Assembly (NCBI GenBank): GCA_964016885.1
Contig: OZ024742.1
Span: 183,954,001-184,018,000, forward strand
DNA from: Eledone cirrhosa
Taxonomy: Eukaryota
Length of the DNA stretch: 64,000 nucleotides
Reading direction: 5' to 3'
A model generated the notes under the pieces. It was not told the DNA's origin. It did not search any database and worked only from the letters and a program-made list of their open reading frames with translations. The position numbers were made by a program, and so were the translations under genes. The first letter of the stretch is position 1. Each line of letters begins with the position of its first letter. Shown piece after piece: positions 37,040 through 50,587 of the stretch.

Positions 37040-38731
37040 GTTCTTTGAGTCTCAGTCATTGATGTTAGTTAACTGGAAAGTTTGTTGAAATGAATATCAA
37101 GCCACTACCTGCAGCCTCAGATATTCAGGACGTATCGGAGGGTTCTTGCTGTTCCCAGCAAGCATGCCTTTTGAAGTGTTCCAAAAAGCGGGGCGGGGCC
37201 AATTTTCTTTAACCGTCCCTGGAAACTTTTTGAGATAGTACCTAGTGCGCCTATGACAATCGGGACACTTTGACTTCATGGCAGTTCCAAATCCTTTTTA
37301 CCTCCCACTTTAAGTCCTGGTATCGGTTAATTTTCTCCCTCTCCTTCTCTTGCACTCTCGTGTCGAATGGGCAGGCCACATCCACAATCAGGCACGATCT
37401 TTTTTCCTTGTCCAAAACCACCAGGCCAGGTCTATTGTGTTCCAGTTTCTTGTCCGTCTGTATCCTAAAATCCCACAGCACCTTCACCTGATCGTTTTCT
37501 ATCACCGACTCTGGCTTATGCTCATACCACTTCTCAGAATGTGGTAAATTGTTTACTTTGCATAGGTGCCAGTGGATCACCCTACCCATCACATCATGTC
37601 TCCAGCCTTTATAGTGAGTCTGGGCTAGGTGGTTACACTCGGATACAATGTTTTCCAGGACTTCATACTTTTGCTCAACAACTGTCTGATGTTATCTGCC
37701 ACCTTGAAGATCTCTAGGCTTTTGGTGATCCAAGAATGAGACACCATGTCAAATGCCTTTTTGTAGTCTATCCATGCCATGCCAAGACCAGTGTGTCTCC
37801 TCTTGCAATTCCTCATTACCATCTTATCAATAAGTAACTGGTCCTTTGTACCACGGGACTTCTTTCGGCATCCTTTCTGTTCGTCCGGTAACGAGTTGTT
37901 TGTGTAGAGGTGATGGTAGGTTTCCTCAGACACAACGCTTGTCAACAGTTTCCACATTACGGACAGACATGTGATAGGTCTATAGTTTGTAACATCATTA
38001 CCCTTGATTCGGTCTTTCATTACCAGAACTGTGGTACCTTGTCAACCACTCTGGTACCTCACCTGACATCAAGCAGTCATTGAACATGGTTGTCAGTTTC
38101 GGGTGGAGGGATGTTATATTTTTAATCCAATACCCCTGCACACCATCTGGGCCTGGTGATTTCCAGTTGGTTAGTTTTTTGGCCTGCCCCTTAAGAGTTT
38201 CAACTGTGATACTCAAATCAGTTTGTTGGTGTGCCTGTTCACTAATCTCCTTTTGTACTGTCTCAATCCACACTGCCTGGTCATTATGTTTAACATCCTG
38301 CTCCCATATTCCTCTCCAGAATGTCTTAGTTTGTTCCACCTCAGGGATCAAGTCGTTGCCTCTTTCTTTCCCTTCAAGCTGTCCAAACAACATCTTCTGG
38401 TTGTTGTCAAACATGCGGTTCTGTCTATACTGACTGACTCTGCTCTCTTATCGACTAATTTTTGCACTCTTTGCTACAATGCGTTGCTTCAGTTCCTCTA
38501 TGATAATATTTAGCTTTTTCCTCCTAGTTTTGTACTTTATTTCCAGTCTATTTTTAGTGTCTATGTTTTTTAGTGTCCCATTCAGTAGGGAATCAAGCTT
38601 TCCAATGTCATTTCTCATTTCCTTGATTTGACCATTCTGTCGTTTCTTCCACCAAGTTTCTGATCTTTCTTGTTTGTTGTTTCCTCAGTCGTTTCTTCCA
38701 CCAAGGTTCCGATCTTTCTTGTTTGTTGTTT
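37040..38731 (-). mobile_element. 5'-truncated, internally deleted R4/Dong-type copy B3
   Basis: Diverged relative of B1; at ~37651 the RT (SMKSWK) is joined directly to the zinc-knuckle region, a ~1.1-kb deletion. Confidence 0.88.
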
Positions 38732-41700
38732 ATCGACGCTATCCCCGATATCATAGACATCGAGGAAGGACTCCAACTCCCTATAAGTATAGAAGGAAGA
38801 TGGCCAAAATGTTATCTCTGTGGGTCGAAGGGTCACTTCAGGACCTTTTGCCCGCAGAAGACAGCGAAGAAGGCCCCTCTCCTTCCAATACCTGGTCCGC
38901 TGCTACCAAGAGCAGGGCAGGCAACAAACGAAGAAGCCCCTTCCACGGTGAGTAGGAGGGCAACGTCCGTAGCACCCGTACCAAGGCCACGGACAACTAA
39001 AGCAGCATCATCAGTGGCAGCAACACCAATAGCTACATTTGAAGTAACTAAAATAGCAACAGAATTGCCGAAGAGGGCTCCACTACCACCACCAACAGCC
39101 GTGGAGCACATACCCCTCCCAGACACCACAGAATCCGACATGGAGTTTGAGGCGGGAGTGAAGTGGAAAACGGTCTGCCACAAAAAAAACAAAAAGGAAA
39201 AACTCCTTAGATTCACCCTCCAAAAGCGAAGGCATACAAAGAGGGTTAAAGGCAGAAAGGAAACTTGCAGCAACACCACCACCATCACCACCACAAGCAC
39301 CACTGACAACAACAACCACACCACCACCAGCATCACTAAAAACACCAACAACGCAAACACAACAAGACACACACACCAAACAGCAACAAGAAGAAAACAG
39401 CAACAAAATCACCCCCCCCCCCCCCAAAAAAAAAAGTACAAAGCCATAAACATGGCAAAAAAAAGAACTCATACAATATATAAAGAAGCACACAGACATC
39501 ACAGAAAAAAACTATTACACCCCACCAACACCAAGAACTCCCCCGACAAACATAAGCATCATCGAAATCTCAATAGAACAGTACAAACCTTTAAAACAAA
39601 AATTCCCCAACGCAGTTGGAGACTTCAGAGGGTCGGTTACCAAGAGGATATACACTGACATCCTCTTGGAAACACCCATGACCAGCGAAAGGAACGGTTA
39701 TACTGTCCCTTCACCACACGATCAAGGTAAGTGACCCTTTCTCACTTGCCCCGTTTCTCATCCAACATGGCCGTACTCAGAATAGGCAGTATAAATGCAC
39801 GTGGCCTGGGGTCATCTTGGAAGCAGGGTCACCTGCTCAACGACCTCAGGTCACTAAACATAGATGTGGTGGCTATCAGTGAAACCAGAATCTCCGAAGC
39901 ACAAGCCTTCGCACCGATCTTCGGCGGCTACGATGTATACGCATCTCCCAGCCGTCCAGGATCTGGGGGAGGGGTTGCCGTCCTTTTTCGGAGAGGCTTG
40001 GATCTCGCGATACGGGCCATCTTCCTAGACCCAGAAGGTAAGTCGGTGGTGCTGGACGTGACCGGCAGCGAAGGCAATGCTTTCAGGCTATTAGCCGTCT
40101 ACGCCCCAACAGGGGCAGGACGGCCAGAAGTCTTTTGACGTCTAGAGACCTTTCTTGGAACGTCCCGCTCTTTAGTGTTAGTGGGAGACTGAAACGATAT
40201 CTTGGATGCACGCTGGGATCGTGTGGGGCTAGTGGATATGGGAGGAGGGTGCAAGAGCCTCACCAACCTGCTCAGACGTTTTGAACTGTCTGACAGGTAT
40301 CGACTGGATTACCCGAATGTGCCAATGTGGACATGGACATGCCGCATCGGGTCATCCAGATCGTATCTCGATAGGGTATTCTGCAGAGAACTAGATAAGG
40401 CTAGTATAAGTTGTCCACAATTTAAAATAGTCGACTACACAGACCACAAATTTGTGATCTGTGAGATCGACATAGACAGACTTCATAGACAAGGGCCTGG
40501 TTACTGGAAGCTGAACGCGTCTTTCCCGGCGCGCAAAGCCTACAGAGACCGGATTAGCGTATTAGTTAAGCGGGCGTTGACGGGAGCGGTCGTCAACAAC
40601 AGGTGGTGGTTCACCCTGAAAAGGGCAATTAAAGTAGAGTCGATTAGGTTTAGCAAAGGAGTAGTGATAGAGGAAAATAGAGTAGAGGGAGAGCTAGTCA
40701 GAAAGCTGGAAGAGGCGTTTAAGACAGGCATCGCAACCGATGTGCTTGCGGCGAGATTGGCACTCGACCAATTCTTCAACGCAAAACACGAAGGCTGCGT
40801 TGTCAGAGCTAGAGCGGGTGCTCTGAAACACGAGGGGACAAAAGCCGTCCAATGGGCCCGGGTGGCAGAGGCGCGACGTGGCAACAAAGCCACAATTCGG
40901 TCTTTGTCTGACCAAAACGGGTGCGTGATGCTCGAACCCGAGCGGATGTGTGAAGCTTTTCAGCAGCACTTTGCTGAACTGTTCGGGAGCGGCGGCAGCC
41001 CGGATCGGGGCATGGACTTCAGTGCATACCTCGACGGACTGCCTCGGCTCTCGACGACTGCAGCACAGTGTTGCGAAAAGCCAATAACAGACGGTGAAAT
41101 ACGGGAAGCGATGGCTAACTGCACAAGGGGTAAATCGCCAGGTTTGGATGGTCTGCCCTACGAACTTTATGCATTTATGCCAGACTTGTTCGGTGACCTC
41201 TTGGCAGACGTCTACTGCAACTGGCAGCAGAACGGGAGCATTCCCAGTTTTGTGAGCCGGGGAGCAGTGGAGCTGCTGAGAAAAGACCCGAACAAGGGGA
41301 TGTTATCGATAATTTCAGGCCCATAACCCTGCTAAACGGAGAGTTCAAGATTTTGGCCTAGGTGTTAGCAACGAGGTTGGCGCTTGTCGTCAAGGGTCTG
41401 GTGGGAGAGGTGCAGACATGCGCCATTCCGGACAGATCCATACACGACAACCTCCACCTCATGCGATACATCATAGAGAGGGTGGTTAAGGAACCTGGCA
41501 AGGAGCAAAGGAACAAAGCATTCGATAGGGTTGACCATCGGTACCTGGCGGCGGTCCTCGAGGCAGCCGGTTTCGGGCCCGTTTTCAGGGGTTGGATCGC
41601 AGCAATGTACAGCGACATCTGCTCAGTTGTGAGGGTGAACGGTCACCTGTCGCAGCCGTTCAGCATCATGCGCTCAGTCCGCCAGGGTTGTCCCCTCTCG

Positions 41701-43458
41701 TCCCTCTTGTACGTATTGGCTCTCGAACCGTTACTGCACAAACTGGGGGCGATGAGGGGCGTCCCACGCGAACTAGGATGCGGGAAATCCGAGTCGGCTT
41801 ACGCTGACGACGTCACCGTGGTGGTGTCGAGCACCATACACGTCCAGATGCTCGGCACAGCTCTAAAGGAATACAAAGCGATGACAGGAGCAAAGATAAA
41901 CCAGGATAAGTCGTTGGGCCTGCAGCTCGGCACCTGGAGAGGAAAGTCTATGCCGTCCGACAGCGTCGTGGGGCGTTGGACGGACGGACCGTTAAATTGC
42001 TCGGGGTATGGTTCGGGCCGGACCTCCAGATGGAGAAAAACTAGAACGAGGTGACGAGCAGGGTGGCCTCCCTCACCCAGAAATGGGCCGAGAGGAAGCT
42101 GTCCCTGAAAGGTCGTGCGGAGGTGGCGAATGCGTACATCGCATCCGTCATCTGCTACTGCCTCACCGTCGTCCTTTGCTCCAGCCCAACTCTCACCAAA
42201 ATGGAGCGCCTCCTCTTCCGCTTTTTGTGGAAGGGACGTGCTCCCATGGTCAGACGATCCATCTGCTGTCAACACCCGTTGCGTGGAGGACTGGGCATGC
42301 CATGGCTGATGATGCGCAAACATGCGCCATCTCTGGGGCTTCCTTGATGGTGAACAGGTGTGTTCGCCGTTCGCGAGGCACGTATTCCCACAGCTCGTCT
42401 CCTTGACGGAGCTGCAGTCCTGGGTCAGAAAAAGACCGAGGGATAGCGCTTGGAAACTGGAATGTCTCCAGGCGCTCACTGCCCTCTGCCAGCCAGGGAC
42501 CAGTATCGGTGGAACATCCACCTCGGCGTTCTATAGAGGACTAGTGGAGGGGAAAAGCGACAACATTCTCGGAGAGATCCTGGGCGTCGAAGAAGATCAG
42601 CTGTTTGCTCTCTTCCGGAGAACTTTCAGCCCGGGGCCTATGCATAACTTCCAAAAATCCCTGGCCTGGCAGTGTTACCGGGGAGCGCTGCCGGTTCGAG
42701 ATAAGCTCTACAGGTACGGAAGTGCCGTCAGCCGAGCCTGTCCGAGATACGCGCAGAGCGACGAAACCGTCATGCACGCACTCGTTCAGTGCCCGAGCAT
42801 TGTTGACTTGTGGAGCTATGTCGAACAGTTGCTGTCGCGTGTAGGACTGATCCGGTTGTCGACTGAGTGCATTGTGCAGATGGTCTCGCCGTCTTCCTTC
42901 GAGGAGGAAGGTCAGGCGGTTTTCATCTGCCTGGTTGCCATGGCGAAAGAGATTGGGTGGTGGACAAGGTTAAAAGGGTTAAAGACAGACACTTTCCTCT
43001 TCGGCGAATCCCTAATTAACTTTTTCAAGTTTCACTTGAAGAGGAAAATCAGGGTGGAGAGGCAAGTGCTGCCTTCTAGCAAGTTTGTTGAAAGGTGGGT
43101 GAATGTAGCGAGAATGGTCCGAGTGAACGGGACCGCTCTGAATATACGTCTGTAGTTTGAGAGATGGAAAAATTGAGAGAGGGCGCTTGCCCTGGTGGTC
43201 AGCGTGGCCGTGGTCTTTTGTGTGGTTTTCGCCACGAGTAACCCTCGGAGGTTTCCCCCCTATTGGGGAATTTTTCATTGTTTCAATTTTCATTTTTATT
43301 GTTTATATATATATATGTTTCTATGTCCTTTTTTTTTCTTTTCTTATATACATAATAAAAATATTTACTAGCATAAAACCCACATCGTACCGTCCTGTAC
43401 CGTCTTGTGCCGTCTGTAATGTTTTTCTTGATGTCAGCCCTTGTGGCCAATATAGAAA

Positions 43459-43460
<2 letters not shown>
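38732..43460 (+). mobile_element. 5'-truncated decayed Tx1-like LINE, second subfamily (T2)
   Basis: Starts mid-ORF1 (IDAIPDIID, CYLCGSKGHFRTFC); ORF2 from 39767 broken by stops and frameshifts; 3' end CCCTTGTGGCCAATATAGAAATC + (ATT)10. Confidence 0.9.
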
Positions 43461-43490
<30 letters not shown>

Positions 43491-46400
43491 GAATGCCATG
43501 GTTGACGGAGGCTCGGCTCTGTAAGGTATAGTAATTTTTAACCGTTAAAACAATTGTAAATTGTTTAAAACTTGAACCAAATTGTTGATAAAGACACCCT
43601 CCTCCTCGTGAGAGGGGTCTTTCTGTCCGTTATTTGGCCCTTCGGGGTTAAATAACCAGTTATTGTGGTTTTGTACCCAAAATTTCATTTTAAACAAAAA
43701 ACAACATGGCTACGAAAAAGAAATTTCATACGTCACTCCCACTCATTCCGTCTTCTTCTTCCTCAATCATCACTACAGCAGAGAGAAGATTGTCTCTCTC
43801 CCTCCCTTCTTTAAATGTGTCTCTCTCCCTCCCTTCTCTTTCGCAAGTGACGAAAGAAAAGAAAAGTCTCGTGCAAAGCGTGCAAGGTTTCTCCACGACG
43901 ACGACGACAGCGACGACACAGGTGTGCGGGAAATACGAAAACCCAGTTCATTCACCAACAACAACAAGTGAAAGAGTGGAGCTGGTACCCCTCCCCGACC
44001 TCACAGAATCAGACATGGAGTGTGAGGTGGGAGAGGGATGGCAAAAGGTCGCAAGAAGGCACAAACGCAGAAGCAGCGCATCGTCGCCTTTGAAAAGGGA
44101 GGAAAGAAATGAGAAAAGGGTAAAGTTTACTGCAAAGAGACCCACAGCAGCAACACCACCAACACCATCACCACCCACACCAGCACCACCATCACCACCG
44201 GCGACAACCCCACCGCCAACAACACCTTCAACACCACCACCACAAGCACCAACATCGCAAACACAATAACAAAACACACACACCCAGCAACAACGACAAG
44301 AAAATAGCAGAACCACACCCCACCCCCAGAAAAACAAAAGCACGGCAATAAACACACACAACAAGAAACTAATGACTTACATAATTGAACACACAGACAT
44401 TTCACAACAGGACTACATAATACCAGCACCAATCAAAACGCCAACTAACATAAGACTGCTAAAAATAGCACAGAAACAATACACAAACATTAAAACGAAA
44501 TTCCCCAACGCAGTTGGTGATTTCAGGGACCTAGGAGGAACCATCAATCGAAGAGTATATTCAGACATTCTCTTAGAAGAGCCGACGACCAGCCGAAGGG
44601 ACGATTCAACGGTCCCTTCACCAGACGATCAAGTGAAAAGGGATGTAAAAACCATCCCTCCTCTACCAAAAGTACGGTAAGTGGTCTTTCCCATCTTTTC
44701 CACTCTATTTTAAACATGACCTCACTCAGAATAGGCAGCATAAATGCGCGTGGCTTGGGGTCGTCATGGAAGCAGGGTCACCTGCTCAACGACCTCAGGT
44801 CACTAAACATAGATGTAGTGGCCATCAGCGAGACCAGAATCTCCGAAGCACGGGCCTTCGCACCGATCTTCGGCGGCTACGATGTGTACGCATCTCCCAG
44901 CCGTCCTGGATCGGGTGGAGGAGTTGCTGTGCTTTTTCGGAGAGGTTTGGATCTCGCCATACGGGCCATCTTCCTGGACCCAGAGGGTAAGCTGGTGGTG
45001 CTGGACGTGACCAGCGGAGACGGGCAAGCTTTCAGGCTAGTGGCCGTCTATGCCCCGACAGGAGCAGGGCGGCCTGATTTCTTCCGGCGTCTGGAGACCT
45101 TTCTTGGAACGTCCCGCTCTTTAGTGTTAGTGGGCGACTGGAACGGGATCTTAGATGCACGCTGGGACTGTGTGGGATTAGCGGATAGGGGTGGAGGGTG
45201 CAAGAGCCTCACCAACCTGCTCAGGCGTTTTGAACTGTCTGACAGGTACCGATTGGATTTCCCGAATGTGCCAATGTGGACTTGGACAAACCGCATAGGG
45301 TCATCCAGATCATATCTAGATAGAGTATTTTGTAGGGAAATAGATAGGTCTAGCATAGGCTGTCCACAATTCAAGATAGTCAGCTACACGGACCACAAAT
45401 TCGTGACCTGTGTGCTTGACTTAGATAGGCTTCATAGACGAGGATCCGGCTACTGGAAGCTAAACGCGTCCTTACCAGCGCGCAAGGCCTACAGAGACCG
45501 GATTAGCGAACTAGTTAAGCGGGCGTTGACGGGGGCCATCGTCAACAACAAGTGGTGGTTTGCTCTGAAAAGAGCGATTAGAATAGAATCGATTAGGTTT
45601 AGTAAGGCTTTAGCAATAGAGAAAAATAGAGCAGAGGGAGAACTAGTTAGAAAATTAGACGAGGCGCTTAGCAAAGGCATTGCGACCGACGTGCTTGCGG
45701 CGAAATTGGCCCTTGACCAATTCTTCAATGCAAAGCACGAAGGCTGCGTTGTCAGAGCTAGGGTGCGTGCTCTCAGACACGAGGGGACGAAAGCCGTTCA
45801 ATGGGCCCGAGTGGTGGAGGCGCGTCGTGGCAACAAAGCCACGATCCGGTCTTTGGTGGACCACGACGGGCGCATGCTACTCGATCCCGGGAAAATGTGT
45901 GAAGCTTTTCAGCGACACTTCGCTCAGCTGTTCGGGGGCAGCGGGGGGCCGGGTAGAGGGATGGACTTTAGTGTCTACCTCGACGGACTGCCGCGGCTCT
46001 CGGCCACTGAGGCGAAGTGTTGCGAAAAGCCGATAACAGCCGCTGAAGTAAGGGAGGCAATGACTGGCTGCACAAGGGGTAAATCGCCTGGTTTGGATGG
46101 TCTGCCCTATGAACTTTACGTACAGATGCCAGACTTGTTCGGAGGCCTCTTGGCGGACGTCTACTGCAACTGGCAACAGAACGGGAGAATTCCCAGTTCT
46201 GTGAGCCGAGGAGCGGTGGCACTGCTGAGAAAGGATCCGAACAAGGGGGATAACATAGACAATTTCCGGCCCATAACTCTGCTAAACACAGAGTTCAAGA
46301 TTTTGGCCAAGGTGCTAGCAAAGAGGTTGGCGCTTGTCGTTGGTGGTCTGGTGGGAGAGGCGCAGACATGCGCCATTCCCGACAGATCCATCCACGACAA

Positions 46401-48386
46401 CCTCCACCTCATGCGATACATCATAGAGAGGGTAGCTAAGGAACCTGGCACGGGTGGGTCCTTGATCAATTTAGATCAGTCGAAAGCTTTCGATAGGGTC
46501 GACCATCGTTACCTAGCGGCAGTCCTGAGGGCGGCTGGCTTTGGGCCCGTCTTCAGAGGCTGGATCGCTGCCATGCACAGCGACATCTGCTCTGTGGTGA
46601 GAGTGAACGGTCACCTGTCGGAACCGTTCAACATCATGCGCTCGGTTCGCCAAGGATGTCCCCTCTCGTCCCTCTTGTACGTATTGACTCTCGAGCCATT
46701 ACTGCACAAACTGGAGACGTTGAGGGGAGTCCCGCGCGAACTAGGATGCGGAAGATCCGTGTCAGCATATGCGGACGATGTCACCGTAGTGGTGTCGAAC
46801 GCCAAACACATCGAGGCGATCGGCACTACACTAAGAGAATACGAAGCGGTGACAGGAGCAATGATCAACCAGGAAAAGTCAGTGGGCCTGCAGCTCGGCA
46901 CCTGGAGAGGCAGGTCCATGCCGTCCAACAGCGTCGTCGGGCGCTGGACGGACGGACCGGTTAAATTGCTAGGGGTCTGGTTCGGTCCGGACCTCCAGAC
47001 GGACAAAAACTGGGACGAGGTGACGAGCAGGGTGGCTTCTCTCACCCAGAAATGGGCGGAGAGGAAGCTATCCCTGAAAGGTCGAGCGGAGGTGGCTAAC
47101 GCGTACATCGCGTCTGTCATCTGCTACCGCCTAACCGTCGTACCTTGTCCTAAGCCTCGCCTGACTGCGCTGGAGCGTTTGCTCTTTCGCTTTTTGTGGA
47201 AGGGACGTGCTCCGATGGTCAGGCGGTCCATCTGTTGTCAACACCCGCTACGTGGAGGGCTGGGCATGCCGTGGCTGATGATGCGCAGGCACGCGCTCAG
47301 GCTACGACATCTCCACCTCTTCCTCGACGGTGATCAGGTGTAGTCGCCGTTTGCTAGACGCGTTTTTCCCCAGCTCGTTTCCTTGACGGAGCTGCAGTCC
47401 TGGGTCAAGCGAAGACCGAGAGGGAGCGCCTGGAGACTGGAATGTCTTCAGGCGCTCACAGCCCTCGACCAATCGGGCAATGTGATCGGTGGAAACTCCA
47501 CCTCGGCGTTCTATAGAGGATTAGTGGAGGGGAAGAGCGACGACGTACTTGGGGAAACTCTAGGCGTCGACGAAAATCAACTAGCCAATCTCTTCGGAAG
47601 AACTTTCGGGCCAGGGCCTATGGACAACTTCCAGAAATCTCTGGCCTGGCAGTGCTACCGAGGAGCCTTGCCATTTCGGGATAAACTCTACAGGCATGGA
47701 GGTGCCGTCAGCCGGGCATGTCCGAGATGCGCGCAGGGCGACGAAACCGTCCTGCACGCACTCGTCCAGTGTCCGAAAATTGCTGACTTGTGGGTTTATG
47801 TCGAACACCTGCTGTCGCGTTTAGGACGGATCCGGCTATCATCTGAGTCCATCGTGAGGATTGCCCCGCCCTCCTCCTTTAGCCGGGAAGGGCAAGCAGT
47901 TTTTATCTGTCTGGTGGCCATGGCGAAAGAGATAGTATGGTGGACACGTTTGAAAGGGCTGAAGACGAGCACTTACCTCTTCGGTGATGCTCTGATTGAC
48001 TTTTTCAAATTTCATTTGAAAAGGAAAATCAGAGTAGAGAGGGAAGTGCTCTCTTCCCAGCATTTTGTTGAAAGATGGGTGAGAGAGGCAAGAATGGCCC
48101 GAGTGAATGGGCCTACTCTGAGTATGTGTCTGTAAATTAAAGGTGGAAAACTGGGAGAGGGCACTTGCCTTGGTGGTCAGGGTCATTGTGGCTTTTTAAT
48201 GGGCTTTCTCCACGAATGTCCCTCGGAAGTCTCCCTCGTATTGGGGAATTTTTCATTGTTATTTTTTTGTTACATCCTCTGTTTTTGTTTTTTTACACGC
48301 AGAAATGTCCATTTGTACCGTCCTGTATTGTCCTGTACTGTCCTTAATGTCTACTTTATGTAAACCCTTGTGGTTAATAAAGAAAG
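43491..48386 (+). mobile_element. Defective Tx1-like LINE (T3), same subfamily as T1
   Basis: Intact 5' and 3' ends; ~1.12-kb ORF1 deletion at ~43953, CAA>TAA at 44267, TGG>TAG at 47341 in ORF2. Confidence 0.93.
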
Positions 48387-48411
48387 TATTATTATTATTA
48401 TTATTATTATT

Positions 48412-49735
48412 GTTCTTTGAGTCTCAGTCATTGATGTTATTTAACTGGAAAGTTTGTTTAGATGAATATCAAGCCGCTACCCGCAGCCTCAGATATTCAG
48501 GACGTATCGGAGGGTTCTTACTGTTCCCAGCAAGCAAGCAGGCCTTTTGAAGTGTTCCAAAAAGCGGGGCGGGGACTAATCTTCTTTAACCATCCTTGGA
48601 AACTCTTTGAGATAGTACCTAGTGCGCCTATGACAATCGGGACGACCTTGACTTCATGGCAGTTCCAAATCCTTTTTAACTCCCACTTTAAGTCCTGGTA
48701 TCGGTTAATTTTCTCCCTCTCTTTTTCTTGCACTCTCGTATCAAATAGGCAGGCTACATCTACAATGAGGCACGATCTTTTTTCCTTGTCCAAAACCACC
48801 AGGTTAGGCCTATTGTGTTCTAATTTCTTCTCCGTCTGTATCCTAAAATCCCATAGCACCTTCACCTGATCGTTTTCTATCACCGACTCTGGCTTATGCT
48901 CATACCACTTCTCAGAATGTGTTAAATTGTTTACGTTGCATAGGTGCCAGTGCATCACCCTGCCCATCACATCATGTCTCCAGCCCTTATAGTGAGTCTG
49001 GGCTAGGTGTTTACACTAAGATACAATGTGAGCCACAGTCTCCTCTCTCTCCACAGACCCTACACATCGAGCTAGCCTCCTCCTTGTAAATATGGTGTTT
49101 CACCCACTTCGTTCTGAGGGCTTGCTCTTACGCAGCCATTAGCATTCCTTCTGTAGCTTTTTAAGGTCTCATCTTTTTAACCAGTTCCATGTTGTGGATC
49201 TCTAAATTCAGTTTTCCTAAAAAAGGTACTATGAAGGGATTTTTCATGAAGGTTGCTCCTCCTCCTTGTTGTTATTTCCTCCTTGGTCATCCCCTGGTTT
49301 ATTGTATTCTCCTTCAGTAAAATTTTGAGCATTGGCTCCCTACTGTCAGTCACATATTTGTGCAGATTGTTTTTCTCCATCTGAACACAGTCCTCTATGC
49401 TGATAAGACCTCTTCCACCTTCAGATCTCTTTAAGTAGAGTCTATCGACATCACTCCTCTTGTGGAACATGTTGTAGATAGTCAATAGCTTCCTAGTCTT
49501 CCTATCCATTTCTTTTTGTTCAGCAACATTCCATTTCAGAATTCCCGCACTGTACCTAATAATAGACACAGCTCGGGAATTTACTGCACTTATGACATTC
49601 CTACTATTTAGATGTGATTTTAATACGCTCCTTACTCTCCTTGTGTACTCAGATCTTATCAATTCCTTCATTTTTTGTTCTTGATGTCACCTGCCTCCAG
49701 AACACCTACATATTTCTATCGCTCTTCAGTGTCAA
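48412..49735 (-). mobile_element. 5'-truncated decayed R4/Dong-type copy B4
   Basis: Homologous to the B1 3' third (DVDRLYLKRSEGGRGL, RPNLVV..IVDVAC) with frameshifts; (TAA)n tail. Confidence 0.88.
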
Positions 49736-49744
49736 TTATTATTA

Positions 49745-50016
49745 TCTGTTTACTCATCAGTTCATCCTTCTCTACCGGCATATGAAGCGGTGTTCTGCGG
49801 CCTTAAGTATATTTGGCACCCTTGATATGATTCTTGCTGTGCCATGCAGACAAGCTTTCTCGAGAGTCAGGAAATTCACCTCTTTGTCCAACATCTTTAA
49901 CCAATCCTTCAAACAACTGACTTCTGTCCCTAAGTCTCCTATAACAATTGGGATGATAAACAATTTGCGACAATTTCTGATTTTCTGTATTTCGTATTTC
50001 AGGTCAAGGTACTTTT
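49745..50016 (-). mobile_element. Short 3' fragment of a third RLE-type family (C)
   Basis: KYLDLKYEI...IIPIVIGDLG...LEKACLHGTARII, an RLE C-terminal signature, following a short ATT run. Confidence 0.7.
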
Positions 50017-50034
50017 CTACTACTGTTACTACTA

Positions 50035-50255
50035 GAGCGGTAAATTAGCAGTGTGGGTAGAGCATCGGACGAAATGCTTTGAGGTATTTAGATACGACTT
50101 ATGCGTTCTGATTTATAATTCGTCGAGGTTAACTTTGCTTTTCATCCTTACGGAGTCGATAAAATAAAGTGCCAGTAACACAATGGGGTCGATTTAACCG
50201 ACTTTCTCCTTCCATTCAAATTGCTGGTCTTATGCCAAATGTATAAACAATTATC
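50035..50255 (+). mobile_element. tRNA-derived SINE, family 1 (older copy)
   Basis: Shares GAGGTTAACTTTGC..TCATCCTTACGG.GTCGATAAAATAAAGT and the 3' end GGTCTTATGCCAAATGTATAAACAATTAT. Confidence 0.8.
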
Positions 50256-50451
50256 ATTGATAAAGTAGAAGTCACGCTCGTCTATGTTCAATGCATATTT
50301 TTTTGCATTCATAAGACATTATTATATCTAATATCTTCTATTTCAGGTCATTAAATTGCCATGCAATACTTCAACTCTCATCTAATTGTTCCGCATATTT
50401 ACATTATACGGTTTCTGTTTCTTTCTAAAACTGATTACATCCTTATCTCTC

Positions 50452-50587
50452 ACAATAAATAAGTAAATAAGTAAATAAATAAATAAATAAATGAATGAAT
50501 AAATAAATAAATGAATAAATAAATAAATAAATAAATGAATGAATAAATGAATAAATGAATAAATGAATAATTAAATAAATAAATAAA
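50452..50587. repeat. (TAAA/TGAA)n tetranucleotide repeat
   Basis: Direct reading. Confidence 0.9.

Noticed and set aside
47341-47343. TAG in T3 ORF2 as programmed read-through
   Set aside because: T1 has TGG at this codon; simple nonsense mutation.
19600-49745. Recurrent (ATT)n tracts as a CRISPR-like repeat-spacer array
   Set aside because: The spacers are kilobase retroelements, the repeats are simple microsatellites, and the context is eukaryotic with no cas genes.
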